Shown: piece after piece, positions 17,386 through 26,923 of the stretch
How positions within the stretch are numbered: position 1 is the first letter of the stretch
Layout: each line of letters starts with the position of its first letter
Assembly (NCBI GenBank): GCA_035525285.1
Contig: DATLFB010000044.1
Location: forward strand, 108,441-172,440
Origin: Thermoanaerobaculia bacterium
GTDB lineage: Bacteria; Acidobacteriota; Thermoanaerobaculia; Gp7-AA8
DNA length: 64,000 nt
Direction of reading: 5' to 3'
Notes under the pieces: generated by a model
What the model was told of the DNA's origin: nothing
Seen by the model: the letters and a program-made list of their open reading frames with translations, nothing else
The model's database searches: none
Made by a program: the position numbers and the translations under genes

Positions 17386-20028
17386 ATGATCGCCGCGGGA
17401 ACCCGGCTCGGCCCCTATGAGGTCTCCGCGCGCATCGGCGAAGGCGGAATGGGCGAGGTGTATCGCGCCCGCGACTCGCGGCTCGATCGCACGGTCGCGC
17501 TGAAAGTTCTTCCGTCGCGCTTTTCCTCGAACCCGAGTCTGCGTGAGCGCTTCGAGCGCGAGGCGCGCGCGATCTCTTCGCTCACGCATCCGCACATCTG
17601 CACGCTCTACGACATCGGCAGCGACGACGGCGTCGACTTCCTGGTGATGGAGTATCTCGAGGGCGAGAGCCTCGCCGATCGCATCGAGCGCGGGCCACTG
17701 CCTGTCGAGCAGGTCATCCGCTACGGCGTCGAGATCGCGGAGGCGCTGGACAAAGCGCATCGCGCGAACATCGTCCATCGCGATCTGAAGCCGGGAAACA
17801 TCATGCTCACGAAGAGCGGCGCGAAGCTGCTCGACTTCGGGCTCGCGAAGTTTGCTTCGAACACGCCCAACGATCCGAATGCGGCCACCGCGGCGATGAC
17901 GCAGCAGAAGCCGCTCACCGAGGAAGGCTCGATCCTCGGCACGTTCCAGTACATGGCGCCGGAGCAAGTGGAAGGGCGCGACGCCGACCCGCGCACCGAC
18001 CTCTTCGCCCTCGGCGCGGTGCTCTACGAGATGGCGACCGGGAAGCGTGCATTCGAAGCGAAGAGCCGCGCGAGCCTCATCGCATCGATTCTCGATCGCC
18101 AGCCGCCGCCGATCTCGACGATCGCGCCGCTCACGCCGCGCGCGCTCGAGCGCGTCGTGCAGATGTGCCTCGAGAAGGACCCCGACAACCGCTGGCAGAG
18201 CGCGCACGACGTCGCCGCGGAGCTGAAGTGGATTCGCGACTCGAGCAGCGAGACGATCGGTCCCGGCGCGCGGCGCTCACGCAACAAACGCCTGGCGCAG
18301 GCGGGCGCGCTCGTACTCGCGGGCGTCGTCGCCGGCGGCGCGATCGCGTGGCTCGCGAAGCGCGACGCTCCACCGCCGCGGCCCGTGTCGCGCTTCACGA
18401 TCAATACCACGCCGAATGCGCCGCTTTTCATGGACCGGCGCGCGCTCGCGATCTCGCATGACGGGACGAAGATCGCGTACCTCGGCTATGAATCGAAGAA
18501 GTGGCGAATCTACGTGCGGAACGCCGGAAGCCCGGGAGCTACACCTCTGGCGGGAACGGACCGTGCGCACTCTCCGGCGTTTTCTCCCGACGGGCGATGG
18601 ATCGCGTACCTCGACAACTCGGGGTTGAAGAAGATCCCGGCAAGCGGCGGCACGCCGGTACGGCTCGCACGCGCCGACGAAAGCGGACCGGGCGTGCACT
18701 GGCTCGGAGAAACGATTTTTTACGCTCCGTCGTTCAACGGCGGCCTCTGGAGCGTTCACGAGAACGGCGGAGCTCCGAAGGAAATTGCGAAAGTCGATCC
18801 CGCGAGCGGCGTGCGCGCGCTGCTGTGGCCGCACGCATTGCCCGGCGGCGAGACGGTGCTGGCGACTGCATGGACCGGCAAGTCGTTCGACGAGGCCAGG
18901 ATCGTCGCCTACTCGTTGCGCGACGGCACGTCGCGCGTCGTGGTGGACGGCGGAGCGAGCCCGCGCTACTCGCCGACGGGACATCTGCTCTATGCACGCG
19001 GCACGAATATCCTCGCCGTACAGTTCGATCCGAAGTCGCTGAAAGTGACCGGCGCGCCCGTGACCGTCGCCACCAACGTCGCATACCACCCGATCAACGG
19101 CGATCCGCACTTCGCGCTGGCGGATAACGGCGACATGATCTTCGCTGCGGGCGGCACGATCGAGCTCAAGCACACGCTCGTCTTCTTCGATCGGAAGGGA
19201 AAGTCGACACCGATCGTCCCGACGCTACGCCCTTACTACAGTCCGGTCACCTCCGCCGACGCGAAGACCGTTGCACTGATTTTGATGAGCGTTACGTACG
19301 ACATCTGGCTCCTCGAAGCGGAGCGCGACGTGCTGACGCGTGTCTCCTTCGGCGGCGACGATGTCAGTCCCACGCTCTCGCTCGATGGCCGCTACGTGTA
19401 CTGGTCATCCGGACGTCACGGCGGTTACAGCCTCTATCGCGCGCCAACCGACGGAACCGGCGGCGAGGAGCTTCTTCTCGCGTCGAAGTACGACGACTAT
19501 GCGTCTTCGGAGGCGGCCGATCACAGTTTCCTGATCTTCAATCGTCACGATAAGGGACAAAGCGACATCTGGATGCTGCCCCTCGGCACGCGCCAGCCGC
19601 GTCCGGTGCTCGCAACGGAGCACGCAGAGTGGGCGCAGAACCTCTCCCCCGACGGGCGCTGGCTCGCCTACCGCTCGGACGAGTCGGGCCAGCACGAGAT
19701 CTACGTGCGGCCGGTCCAGGGAAACGGACCGAAGCTCCAGATATCGATCGGCGGCGCGAACGGCGGCGGGTTCACTGGCGACGGGCGGGAAGTCATCTAC
19801 CGCTCGGGCTCGAAGTTCTACGCGGTCGCAATTCAGACTTCGCCCCAGCTTCGCGCGTCGAAGCCGCAGTTTCTCTTCGAGGACAAGACGGTGGAGGGGC
19901 GCTGGGATCCCACAGCGGGCAGCAATCGCATCCTGGTCATCAAATCGGGTCCCGATCCGACGACGTCGCAGATCGAGATCGTCCTGAACTGGGCCGAGGA
20001 GCTGAAGCGGCGCGTGCCTACGCGGTGA
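17386..20028 (+). CDS. Ser/Thr protein kinase with a C-terminal TolB-like (WD40-like) beta-propeller
   Basis: Kinase motifs are present (GEGGMGEVYRA, HRDLKPGNIML, DFGLAK). The C-terminal half carries repeated PD40-like segments (SPDGRWIAY). Confidence 0.85.
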   Translation: MIAAGTRLGPYEVSARIGEGGMGEVYRARDSRLDRTVALKVLPSRFSSNPSLRERFEREARAISSLTHPHICTLYDIGSDDGVDFLVMEYLEGESLADRIERGPLPVEQVIRYGVEIAEALDKAHRANIVHRDLKPGNIMLTKSGAKLLDFGLAKFASNTPNDPNAATAAMTQQKPLTEEGSILGTFQYMAPEQVEGRDADPRTDLFALGAVLYEMATGKRAFEAKSRASLIASILDRQPPPISTIAPLTPRALERVVQMCLEKDPDNRWQSAHDVAAELKWIRDSSSETIGPGARRSRNKRLAQAGALVLAGVVAGGAIAWLAKRDAPPPRPVSRFTINTTPNAPLFMDRRALAISHDGTKIAYLGYESKKWRIYVRNAGSPGATPLAGTDRAHSPAFSPDGRWIAYLDNSGLKKIPASGGTPVRLARADESGPGVHWLGETIFYAPSFNGGLWSVHENGGAPKEIAKVDPASGVRALLWPHALPGGETVLATAWTGKSFDEARIVAYSLRDGTSRVVVDGGASPRYSPTGHLLYARGTNILAVQFDPKSLKVTGAPVTVATNVAYHPINGDPHFALADNGDMIFAAGGTIELKHTLVFFDRKGKSTPIVPTLRPYYSPVTSADAKTVALILMSVTYDIWLLEAERDVLTRVSFGGDDVSPTLSLDGRYVYWSSGRHGGYSLYRAPTDGTGGEELLLASKYDDYASSEAADHSFLIFNRHDKGQSDIWMLPLGTRQPRPVLATEHAEWAQNLSPDGRWLAYRSDESGQHEIYVRPVQGNGPKLQISIGGANGGGFTGDGREVIYRSGSKFYAVAIQTSPQLRASKPQFLFEDKTVEGRWDPTAGSNRILVIKSGPDPTTSQIEIVLNWAEELKRRVPTR

Positions 20029-21382
20029 CGCGGCCGACGAGATCGTACGGATGCGCGTCGGTGATCGTGACGCGCGCGAACGCGGGCAGCGCCTTCGGCA
20101 ACAGCTCGATGCCATCGTTGATCAGCAGTCTTCCGTCGATCTCCGGCGCCTGCCCAACGATGCGTCCCTCGAGCAGGTGCTCGGTCTCTTCGCACGCGCC
20201 GGTGATGAGCGCGTCGAACGTCTGGCCGACTCTCATCTCGTTGCGCGAGAGGGCGATCTTCTGCTGCAGCTCCATCAATTTTGCGCGACGTCTTTCGGCG
20301 GTCTTGCGCGTCGGCGTGTCCGTCATGCGCGCGGCGAGCGTCGAGTCTTCCTGCGAGTAGACGAACGCGCCCATGTTGTCGAACTGCGCCCACTCGACGA
20401 AGTCGTAGAGCTCGCCGAAGTCCTTCGGCGTCTCGCCGGGATGTCCGGTGATGAACGTCGTGCGCAGGGTGATGTCCGGCACGAGCTCGCGCATGCGCGC
20501 GATCATCTCGCGATACTCCTTCGGCGAGCCGGGGCGGCGCATGCGTCCGAGGACGTTCGCGGTCACGTGCTGGAGCGGGATGTCGCAGTACGACGCGAAA
20601 CGCGGCTCGCGGCCCATCAGCTCGAAGAGCGACCAGTCGAGCGAGCCGGGATACGCATAGAGAAAACGGATCCACCGAAAGCCGGTCTCGCGCAGCAGCG
20701 TCTCGACGAGCTTCGTCAGCCCGTTCGCGATGCCGATGTCTTCGCCGTAGCGCGTGGTGTCCTGCGCGACGAGTGCGAGCTCCTTCACGCCGGCCCGCTG
20801 CAGCGTGTGCGCCTCGCGCAGCAGCGAGTCGATGCCACGCGAGCGGAACTTGCCGCGCATCTGCGGAATCGCGCAGAACGTGCACGGATTCGAGCACCCC
20901 TCGGACACTTTCAGATACGCGTGCGCGGTGCCTTGCGTGAGCACGCGCGGGAGGTCTTCGTAAAGCCGCACCGACATCTTCCGGCGCGTTGGCGCGGCGT
21001 CATCGACGACACCCGTGACGGCTTCCGTGATCTTCTCGAGATGATCGAGGCCGACGAAGGCATCGATCTCCGGAATCGACTCCTGCAGGTCGCCGCGGTA
21101 CTTCTGGACCATGCAGCCGGTGACGATGAGACGCTCGACGCCGCGGCCCTTCTTCTCCGCGATCTCGAGGATCGTGTCGATCGATTCCTGCTTCGCCGCG
21201 TCGATGAAGCCGCACGTGTTCACGATCACCACGTCGGCCTCTTCGAGGTCGTTGGTGATGACGACGTGCCCGGCATCCGCCTGCAGCTGCCCGAGCATGA
21301 TCTCGGCATCGACGAGATTCTTGGGGCAGCCGAGGGAGATCATTCCGACACGGCGGACGCGTTCTGCGGGGACTGCGGTCAT
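20018..21382 (-). CDS. rimO: ribosomal protein S12 methylthiotransferase RimO (radical SAM MTTase with TRAM domain)
   Basis: Contains the MISLGCPKNLVDAE motif, a CxxxCxxC radical-SAM cluster (CSNPCTFCAIP), and a C-terminal TRAM domain. Confidence 0.8.
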   Translation of the reverse strand: MTAVPAERVRRVGMISLGCPKNLVDAEIMLGQLQADAGHVVITNDLEEADVVIVNTCGFIDAAKQESIDTILEIAEKKGRGVERLIVTGCMVQKYRGDLQESIPEIDAFVGLDHLEKITEAVTGVVDDAAPTRRKMSVRLYEDLPRVLTQGTAHAYLKVSEGCSNPCTFCAIPQMRGKFRSRGIDSLLREAHTLQRAGVKELALVAQDTTRYGEDIGIANGLTKLVETLLRETGFRWIRFLYAYPGSLDWSLFELMGREPRFASYCDIPLQHVTANVLGRMRRPGSPKEYREMIARMRELVPDITLRTTFITGHPGETPKDFGELYDFVEWAQFDNMGAFVYSQEDSTLAARMTDTPTRKTAERRRAKLMELQQKIALSRNEMRVGQTFDALITGACEETEHLLEGRIVGQAPEIDGRLLINDGIELLPKALPAFARVTITDAHPYDLVGRVTA

Positions 21383-21420
21383 GAGGACGGTCCAACACGG
21401 AAAAGCACCGCCTGCTTCCA

Positions 21421-21480
21421 GTCACGCAGGGGCGGGCTTCAGCCCGCCCTCGACCGGCTAAAGCCGGTCGCTACGTTTCA
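21421..21480. repeat. pair of hairpins GGGCGGGCTTCAGCCCGCCC plus GACCGGCTAAAGCCGGTC (AACGTAGCG/GCGGGCTTYAGCCCGCC family)
   Basis: Related copies occur at 49040-49075 and 56455-56486. Confidence 0.7.
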
Positions 21481-21545
21481 TCACCACCGGATCGTTGTCC
21501 GCGACCTGCACGTTTCCTGCGAATCTGCGCAGGATCGGGTATGCC

Positions 21546-22448
21546 TCATTCCTCGAGAATTTTCCAGATTTTCCCCGCACTTCCGTGCTCCAGGACATTT
21601 CGTCGCAGCGCGTGATTCATGACGATGGAGTCGAGAAGAACGAGCTCATCATCGTCGGTCGGATCGGCGAGCGTGATTCCGAGCGTGCGCGCGACTTCTT
21701 CGACCGTCCGGTCGTGCATCGCGGCGATCGATTCGGAGACCGGTTTCGCGGGATTCACTTCATGCGCGATCGCGAGCGCGTTGCCCCGGAGGATGAACGT
21801 CGCGCAGCGCTGACCGGCGAGCCACTCGAGCGCCGCGGCGAGCGTGACGAGGTGCCAGTTGCGGTGCCGGCGATAGAGCTTCGCGATTCCTCGATTGCGC
21901 TCGCCGGCGGGCTTGTAGACGTTCGGCTGCACTTCCCAGATCAGCGCGACGCCGTGCGCGCTGTCGAACGTGCCCGACGTCTCGCCGACGGATCCGGGGA
22001 TCGTGTGCTGCTGCCCCTCGCTCTGTCCGATCGCGATCGCGTCCTCGAGCTCGCGCGCGACGACGTCGAAGGAGATGGTCTCCGCGCGCCCGCCGAAGTG
22101 CGCGTTGCGTCCGAGGACCAGGATGCCGCGATCCGCGTCGCGCAGAGGAATCGCGGCGCCCGATGCGCGTCCTTCCGCTTCGCGCGGATGCCACAGGCTC
22201 GCCGTCGGCTTTCCCGCGAGCCACAGAGGATGATTACGGCGCAGAAAGCGTTCGACCACACGCGCGCGAATCGTCAGCGTGTCTTCAGGCCGCAGCTCGG
22301 CGACGGATGCCGCGTCCTCGGCGATGTCGGAAAACACCTCGAGGACCTCGTCGCCCAGCCCGAGGTAGAGGTCGTAGAGCGCAGCCTTGGTCGCGGGTTG
22401 GACGCCGTGGGTGTTGAGGATGCGGTCGATGTGAGAGGGGAAAGGCAT
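21546..22448 (-). CDS. conserved hypothetical protein, 300 aa
   Basis: A long ORF in the same orientation between rimO and dusB. No motif recognised. Confidence 0.5.
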   Translation of the reverse strand: MPFPSHIDRILNTHGVQPATKAALYDLYLGLGDEVLEVFSDIAEDAASVAELRPEDTLTIRARVVERFLRRNHPLWLAGKPTASLWHPREAEGRASGAAIPLRDADRGILVLGRNAHFGGRAETISFDVVARELEDAIAIGQSEGQQHTIPGSVGETSGTFDSAHGVALIWEVQPNVYKPAGERNRGIAKLYRRHRNWHLVTLAAALEWLAGQRCATFILRGNALAIAHEVNPAKPVSESIAAMHDRTVEEVARTLGITLADPTDDDELVLLDSIVMNHALRRNVLEHGSAGKIWKILEE

Positions 22449-22540
22449 CAGCGATGAACGATGAACGATGAACGATGAACGATGAATTATGAACGATGAA
22501 TGACGTGCGATCGTTCATCGTTCATCGTTCATCGTCATGC
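22447..22540. repeat. mirror tandem-array hairpin of the GATGAAC/GTTCATC unit family (second copy of the 2657-2749 family)
   Basis: gatgaacgatgaacgatgaacgatgaac...cgttcatcgttcatcgttcatcgtcat. Confidence 0.9.
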
Positions 22541-23551
22541 CGCGATCCGTAGCCGCGCCTCGTCCAGCAACCGCTGCACATCCGAAACCGCGGCAATGTC
22601 CTGCAGCCCCATCCGGATGTCCTTCCCGTGCGGGATGCCTTTCGAGAACCACCCGATCACCGTGCGCGCCTTGTGGAGCTTCCACTTGTCGATCTGCGGG
22701 GCGGCGTCGATCTTCGCGAGATAGCGCTGCATCGCGTCGATGCGGCGGTCGATCTCGTTGTGGAGGACAGGCAATCCTGCCTGTCCGGACGGGCAGGATT
22801 GCCCGTCCTCCACATGCGCGTGAATATCTCGGAAGATGAACGGATTGTGCAGCGCGGCGCGGCCGATCATCACGCCGTCGACACCCGTGGTCTCGAACAT
22901 GCGCAGCGCATCCGCGGGCGACTTCACGTCGCCGTTGCCCCACACCGGAATCGTCAGCTCGCTCTTCACGCGGGCGATGTAGCTCCAGTCGCTCGCGCCG
23001 GTGTAGGCCTCGTTGCGCGTGCGGCCGTGAATCGCGATCGCGGCGACGCCGATCTCTTCGAAGCGCTTCAGCAGCGGGATGACGTCATCGCTCTCCCACC
23101 CCTTGCGCACTTTCACCGTGACCGGGATCTTCACCGCGGCCTTGATCTTCTCCACCACGCGCGCGGCTTTGTCGAAGTCCTTGAGCAGCGCCGATCCCGC
23201 GCCGCTGTTGACGATCTTGCGGACCGGGCAGCCCATGTTCACGTCGACGATGTCGACGCCCTCGGCCTCGACGATCGCGGCCGCGTCGTCCATCCGCTCC
23301 GGATCGCCGCCGTAGATCTGAATCGCGACCGGACGCTCGCTCTCGTTGAAGGCGAGCATCTGATGGCTGCGATCGTTCTTCCGCGTCAGCCCCTCGGCCG
23401 AGACGAACTCGGACACGACGAGTCCCACGCCGCCGAGCTCCTTGATCAGCGACCGGTAATACGTGTCGGTGACCTCGGCCATCGGGGCGAGCGCCAGCGG
23501 CGAGTCGATGTGGACGCCGCCGATCGAGAACGAACGCTTCAGATATTCCAT
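22535..23551 (-). CDS. dusB: tRNA-dihydrouridine synthase (DusB-like)
   Basis: Contains LAPMAEVTD, VAIQIYGGDP, and VDVNMGCP, matching the FMN-binding TIM barrel. Confidence 0.85.
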   Translation of the reverse strand: MEYLKRSFSIGGVHIDSPLALAPMAEVTDTYYRSLIKELGGVGLVVSEFVSAEGLTRKNDRSHQMLAFNESERPVAIQIYGGDPERMDDAAAIVEAEGVDIVDVNMGCPVRKIVNSGAGSALLKDFDKAARVVEKIKAAVKIPVTVKVRKGWESDDVIPLLKRFEEIGVAAIAIHGRTRNEAYTGASDWSYIARVKSELTIPVWGNGDVKSPADALRMFETTGVDGVMIGRAALHNPFIFRDIHAHVEDGQSCPSGQAGLPVLHNEIDRRIDAMQRYLAKIDAAPQIDKWKLHKARTVIGWFSKGIPHGKDIRMGLQDIAAVSDVQRLLDEARLRIAA

Positions 23552-23598
23552 CCTGGAACCGAGTTTAACGTCGGCGGCAGGAGTTACAATCCCGGCTC

Positions 23599-24153
23599 AT
23601 GCGTAAGCTCATCCTCGCCACTACCCTCGTCCTCGCCGCCTCCACCGCCAGCGCCGTGACCGTCGCCGGCGCAAACATCGAAGACTCCGTCAGCGTCAAC
23701 AACCAGAATCTCGTGCTCAACGGCGCTGGACTGCGCAAGAAGTTCGTGGTCAAGGTCTACGTCGGCGCGCTCTACCTGCCTTCAAAGCAGACGAACGCGG
23801 CCGCGATCATCGCCGCCGACACGCCGCGCCGCATGGTCATGCACTTCGTGTACGACGTCGAGAAAGGCAAGATCGCCGAGGCGTGGGGAGAGGGACTGAC
23901 CGCGAACACGCCGAACGCGTCGCCGGAAGTGAAGACCGCGTTCAAGACCCTCGCCTCGTGGATGGAGGACATGAAGGACGGTCAGCGCATCACGATGACC
24001 TACGTCCCCGGCATCGGCACGACCGTCGAGGTGAACGGAAAGAGCAAAGGCACCCTCGGCGGAAAAGCCGTCGCGGACGCGATCCTGAACACGTGGATCG
24101 GCCCGAAGCCGGGCCCGGGCGGGGATTTCAAGAAGGGCGTGCTGGGGCAGTAG
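23599..24153 (+). CDS. chalcone-isomerase-like (CHI-like) family secreted protein
   Basis: A signal peptide is followed by VLNGAGLRKKFVVKVYVGALYL, typical of bacterial CHI-like proteins. Confidence 0.65.
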   Translation: MRKLILATTLVLAASTASAVTVAGANIEDSVSVNNQNLVLNGAGLRKKFVVKVYVGALYLPSKQTNAAAIIAADTPRRMVMHFVYDVEKGKIAEAWGEGLTANTPNASPEVKTAFKTLASWMEDMKDGQRITMTYVPGIGTTVEVNGKSKGTLGGKAVADAILNTWIGPKPGPGGDFKKGVLGQ

Positions 24154-25123
24154 TCCGCGCGCGCAGTCCCTTCTCCCCGCCACGCGGAGAGAAGGTGGCC
24201 CTGAGCGAAGCGAAGGGCCGGATGAGGCGCCCCTCACCCTGGCCCTCTCCCCGCACGCGGGGAGAGGGGACTGGGGGTCGCCACGAAGAACACCTTCGCC
24301 CGAGGATCGCGACGCGCTCGCCGCCGATCTTCGCCCCACCGTGGAACGCCGATTGGAAATCGGCGTTCCTCTCCGGCCGGCAGACGAAGAACATCTTCAC
24401 CCGATCCGATTCGACCCATTCCTGGTCGTGATACGGATCGAAGTCGATCACGTCCACCGGCGTCAGTTGCGCTTCGGCGAGCGAGGAGACGATCTCCCGC
24501 TCGCTGTACGCGCGCTGGCGATGCTGCTCGCGGATCGCGATGCGCTCGCCGCCGATCTTCGCCCATCCGGTCACCATCGCCTTCGCGATCTTCTCGCGCG
24601 CGCGGTACGACGTCGCCATCTCGAGGTGAAAGTCCGGACCGTCGGCGATGAACGGATCGGCGATGCCCCAGATCGCGGGGTAGATGTCGGGATGGTTCAT
24701 GTCGAAGAGCAGCAGCGAGTCGTGGTCCATCACGCCGCGCATCGCGCGGAATGCGGCCACGAGCTCGTTGCGGTCGAGCAGATGATTGAGGCTGTCGTAC
24801 AGACAGGTGATGCGCGCGAAGCGCCGACGCAGCGGCAGGGCGCGGAGATCCGCCGCGATCACCTGTGGCGCGCGCGTGCGCGCGAGCCGTAGCATCGGCA
24901 GCGACGCGTCGATGCCGACGGACATCCAGCCCCGCTCGCGAAACCAGCGCAGCGCGAGTCCCGTTCCGCACGCGACGTCGAGATGCGTGCGTTTCGCCGT
25001 CGGATATTTCGCGAGCACCTGCTCGAGCGTGGCGCGGACAGCCTTGAAGAAACGCTCGCCGAGGGACTGGTCGTACGCGTAGGCAAACGCGCCGTAGGCT
25101 TCACCAGCGGTAGAAGCCTTCAC
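24128..25123 (-). CDS. class I SAM-dependent methyltransferase
   Basis: Contains LDVACGTGLALRWF (motif I) and LLLFDMNHP. The ORF-track start at 25465 is a spurious extension across hbd. The GTG at 25123 overlaps the hbd stop by 23 nt, so the true start and the true C-terminal end are both uncertain (an internal direct repeat and hairpins complicate the end). Confidence 0.55.
   Translation of the reverse strand: MKASTAGEAYGAFAYAYDQSLGERFFKAVRATLEQVLAKYPTAKRTHLDVACGTGLALRWFRERGWMSVGIDASLPMLRLARTRAPQVIAADLRALPLRRRFARITCLYDSLNHLLDRNELVAAFRAMRGVMDHDSLLLFDMNHPDIYPAIWGIADPFIADGPDFHLEMATSYRAREKIAKAMVTGWAKIGGERIAIREQHRQRAYSEREIVSSLAEAQLTPVDVIDFDPYHDQEWVESDRVKMFFVCRPERNADFQSAFHGGAKIGGERVAILGRRCSSWRPPVPSPRVRGEGQGEGRLIRPFASLRATFSPRGGEKGLRARTTAPARPS
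24172..24290. repeat. two tandem GC-rich hairpins (CTCTCCCCGC-ACGCGG-GGAGAG type)
   Basis: cccttctccccgccacgcggagagaagg and ccctctccccgcacgcggggagagggg. They lie in the convergent 3' region of the CHI-like and methyltransferase genes. Confidence 0.7.
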
Positions 25124-25946
25124 CCGTCTTCTTTCCGAGTTTCCCCTGCGCGACGAGATCGCGCAGGAGATGCGGCGGCTCGAAACGCGGTCCGAGAGTG
25201 GAGGCGAGGTATTCGGCGATGCTGAGACGGACGTCGAGGCCGACCAGATCGCTGAGGCGCAGCGGTCCCATCGGATGGTTGTAGCCGAGAACCATCGCGC
25301 GATCGATGTCTTCGGCGGACGCGACACCTTCCTCGAGCATGCGCATCGCCTCGAGACCGATGGCGATGCCGAGGCGCGAGGTCGCGAAGCCGGGGCTGTC
25401 GCGCACGACGATCGGCGTCTTTCCCATCCTTTCGGCGACGTTGCGCACCGTATCGACCGTCGCATCGGCCGTCCGCTCGCCGCGCACGATCTCGACGAGT
25501 TGCATCACGTGCGGCGGATTGAAGAAATGCATACCGAGGAAGCGATCGCGGCGCTCGACGGTGCCGGCGAGCTTCGAGATCGAGAGTGAGGACGTGTTCG
25601 TGGCGAGGATCGTCTCCGGTCCGCAGAAGAGATCCGCCTGCGCGAAGAGATCCTTCTTCAGGTCGAAGCTCTCCGGCACCGCCTCGATGATCAGATCCGC
25701 GCTGTTGACGGCCGGCTCGAGGTCGGGCACGAGCTGCAGGCGCGCCATCGCCTCGCTCGCCGCCGTCTCGGTGATCTTCTCTTTCTCCACGCCCTTTCGG
25801 AGAGTCGAGTCGATCGCGGCCTTCGCCGCGTCGAGCGCGCCCGCGTCGATGTCGAAGACGACCGTGTCGAAGCCGGCGAGCGCGGAGAGGTACGCGATGC
25901 CGCGGCCCATCGTTCCGGAGCCGAGGATGGAGATCTGGCGGATCAT
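25101..25946 (-). CDS. hbd: 3-hydroxyacyl-CoA / 3-hydroxybutyryl-CoA dehydrogenase
   Basis: A Rossmann motif (ISILGSGTMGRGIA) and a C-terminal 3HCDH domain are present. Start placed at MIRQISILG. The upstream 40 codons in the ORF track cross a repeat element. Confidence 0.85.
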   Translation of the reverse strand: MIRQISILGSGTMGRGIAYLSALAGFDTVVFDIDAGALDAAKAAIDSTLRKGVEKEKITETAASEAMARLQLVPDLEPAVNSADLIIEAVPESFDLKKDLFAQADLFCGPETILATNTSSLSISKLAGTVERRDRFLGMHFFNPPHVMQLVEIVRGERTADATVDTVRNVAERMGKTPIVVRDSPGFATSRLGIAIGLEAMRMLEEGVASAEDIDRAMVLGYNHPMGPLRLSDLVGLDVRLSIAEYLASTLGPRFEPPHLLRDLVAQGKLGKKTGEGFYRW

Positions 25947-25965
25947 GAAGGGGGAGTCTATCTCG

Positions 25966-26074
25966 GTTGCCCGGCTGCCCGGTTTCCCGGCGACGCCGTC
26001 CGGGTGGCGGCGCCAGACGTTGCTGAGGCGCCGGCTCCCGCGCGGCGCCGCCGGGAAGCCGGGCAACCGGGAAG
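25966..26074. repeat. octamer mirror-array element (CCGGTTGC-type units on one arm, GCAACCGG-type on the other)
   Basis: ggttgcccggctgcccggtttcccgg ... ccgggaagccgggcaaccgggaagcc. The same family occurs at 27730-27810, 31121-31212, and as a single arm at 59378-59411. Confidence 0.85.
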
Positions 26075-26077
26075 CCT

Positions 26078-26923
26078 CTACTCCTCGCCCGCCGCCCGAA
26101 TCAAATCCGCGTTGTCCTTACACTCCGACCACTCGGCGAGCTGCAGCGCGGTCGCGCCGCCGTCGGACTCGAGATCGGTCTTCGCACCGGCGCGAAGAAG
26201 CGCGCGCACGGCGTCGGTGGCGGTGCACTTGTCGGCGATCCGCATCAGCGCGGTCGTGTGGATGTCGTCCTGCGCGTTCACGTCGGCGCCGGCCTCGATG
26301 AGATACAGAACGATCGCCGGATGGCCGAACATCGCCGCACGGACGATCGCCGGCGCGCCGCCGGCCATCGTGTCCACGTCGTAGCCCGCCTGCACGAACA
26401 GCTTCACCGCGTCGAGATCGCCGGTCACCGCGCTGGAGACGAGGAACTCGGGGCCCGGCGCGGCGAAGCCCATCTCGCGCAGTTTGCGGATCGCCTCGCG
26501 CTGCTTTTCCGTCACCGGCTGAGGCCCCGGCTCCACCGGCGCCTGATCGGGATCGCCGCCGATGTCCCACAGCTCGCTGAGAATCTTCCACTTGCCGTCT
26601 TCACGCACGAACTCGATGTGTCCCGCGGATTCGGTCTCGGCGACGTTCGCAACGACGATCAACGTGGCGTCATCGCCGTCGAAGATCTCCTTGTGCATGC
26701 GGAGATCCTCTTTCGGCGAGATCACGTTCAGCGACGACAGCGCCTCTTCCTTCGACTTGTCGCGCAGCATGCGCGCCTTTCCGGCGGAGAGATGTTTCTT
26801 CGCCGCGGCGAGATCGCCGTCGTCGATCGCCTTCACGTACGACTTGTACAGAGGAAAGAGGACGTCTTCGCCGAGCGCGGGCAGCGCGATCAGAAGCGCG
26901 AGTGCGGCAGCGAGGAGTCTCAC
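26078..26923 (-). CDS. secreted ankyrin-repeat protein
   Basis: A signal peptide (MRLLAAALALLIALPALG) precedes C-terminal ankyrin repeats (TALMRIA...ALLRAGAKTD, ATALQLAE). Confidence 0.7.
   Translation of the reverse strand: MRLLAAALALLIALPALGEDVLFPLYKSYVKAIDDGDLAAAKKHLSAGKARMLRDKSKEEALSSLNVISPKEDLRMHKEIFDGDDATLIVVANVAETESAGHIEFVREDGKWKILSELWDIGGDPDQAPVEPGPQPVTEKQREAIRKLREMGFAAPGPEFLVSSAVTGDLDAVKLFVQAGYDVDTMAGGAPAIVRAAMFGHPAIVLYLIEAGADVNAQDDIHTTALMRIADKCTATDAVRALLRAGAKTDLESDGGATALQLAEWSECKDNADLIRAAGEE

Noticed and set aside
24128-25465. 445-aa ORF-track version of the methyltransferase
   Set aside because: The N-terminal 114 codons overlap the hbd coding region in another frame and are Ser/Arg-rich junk. 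The methyltransferase fold starts near the GTG at 25123.
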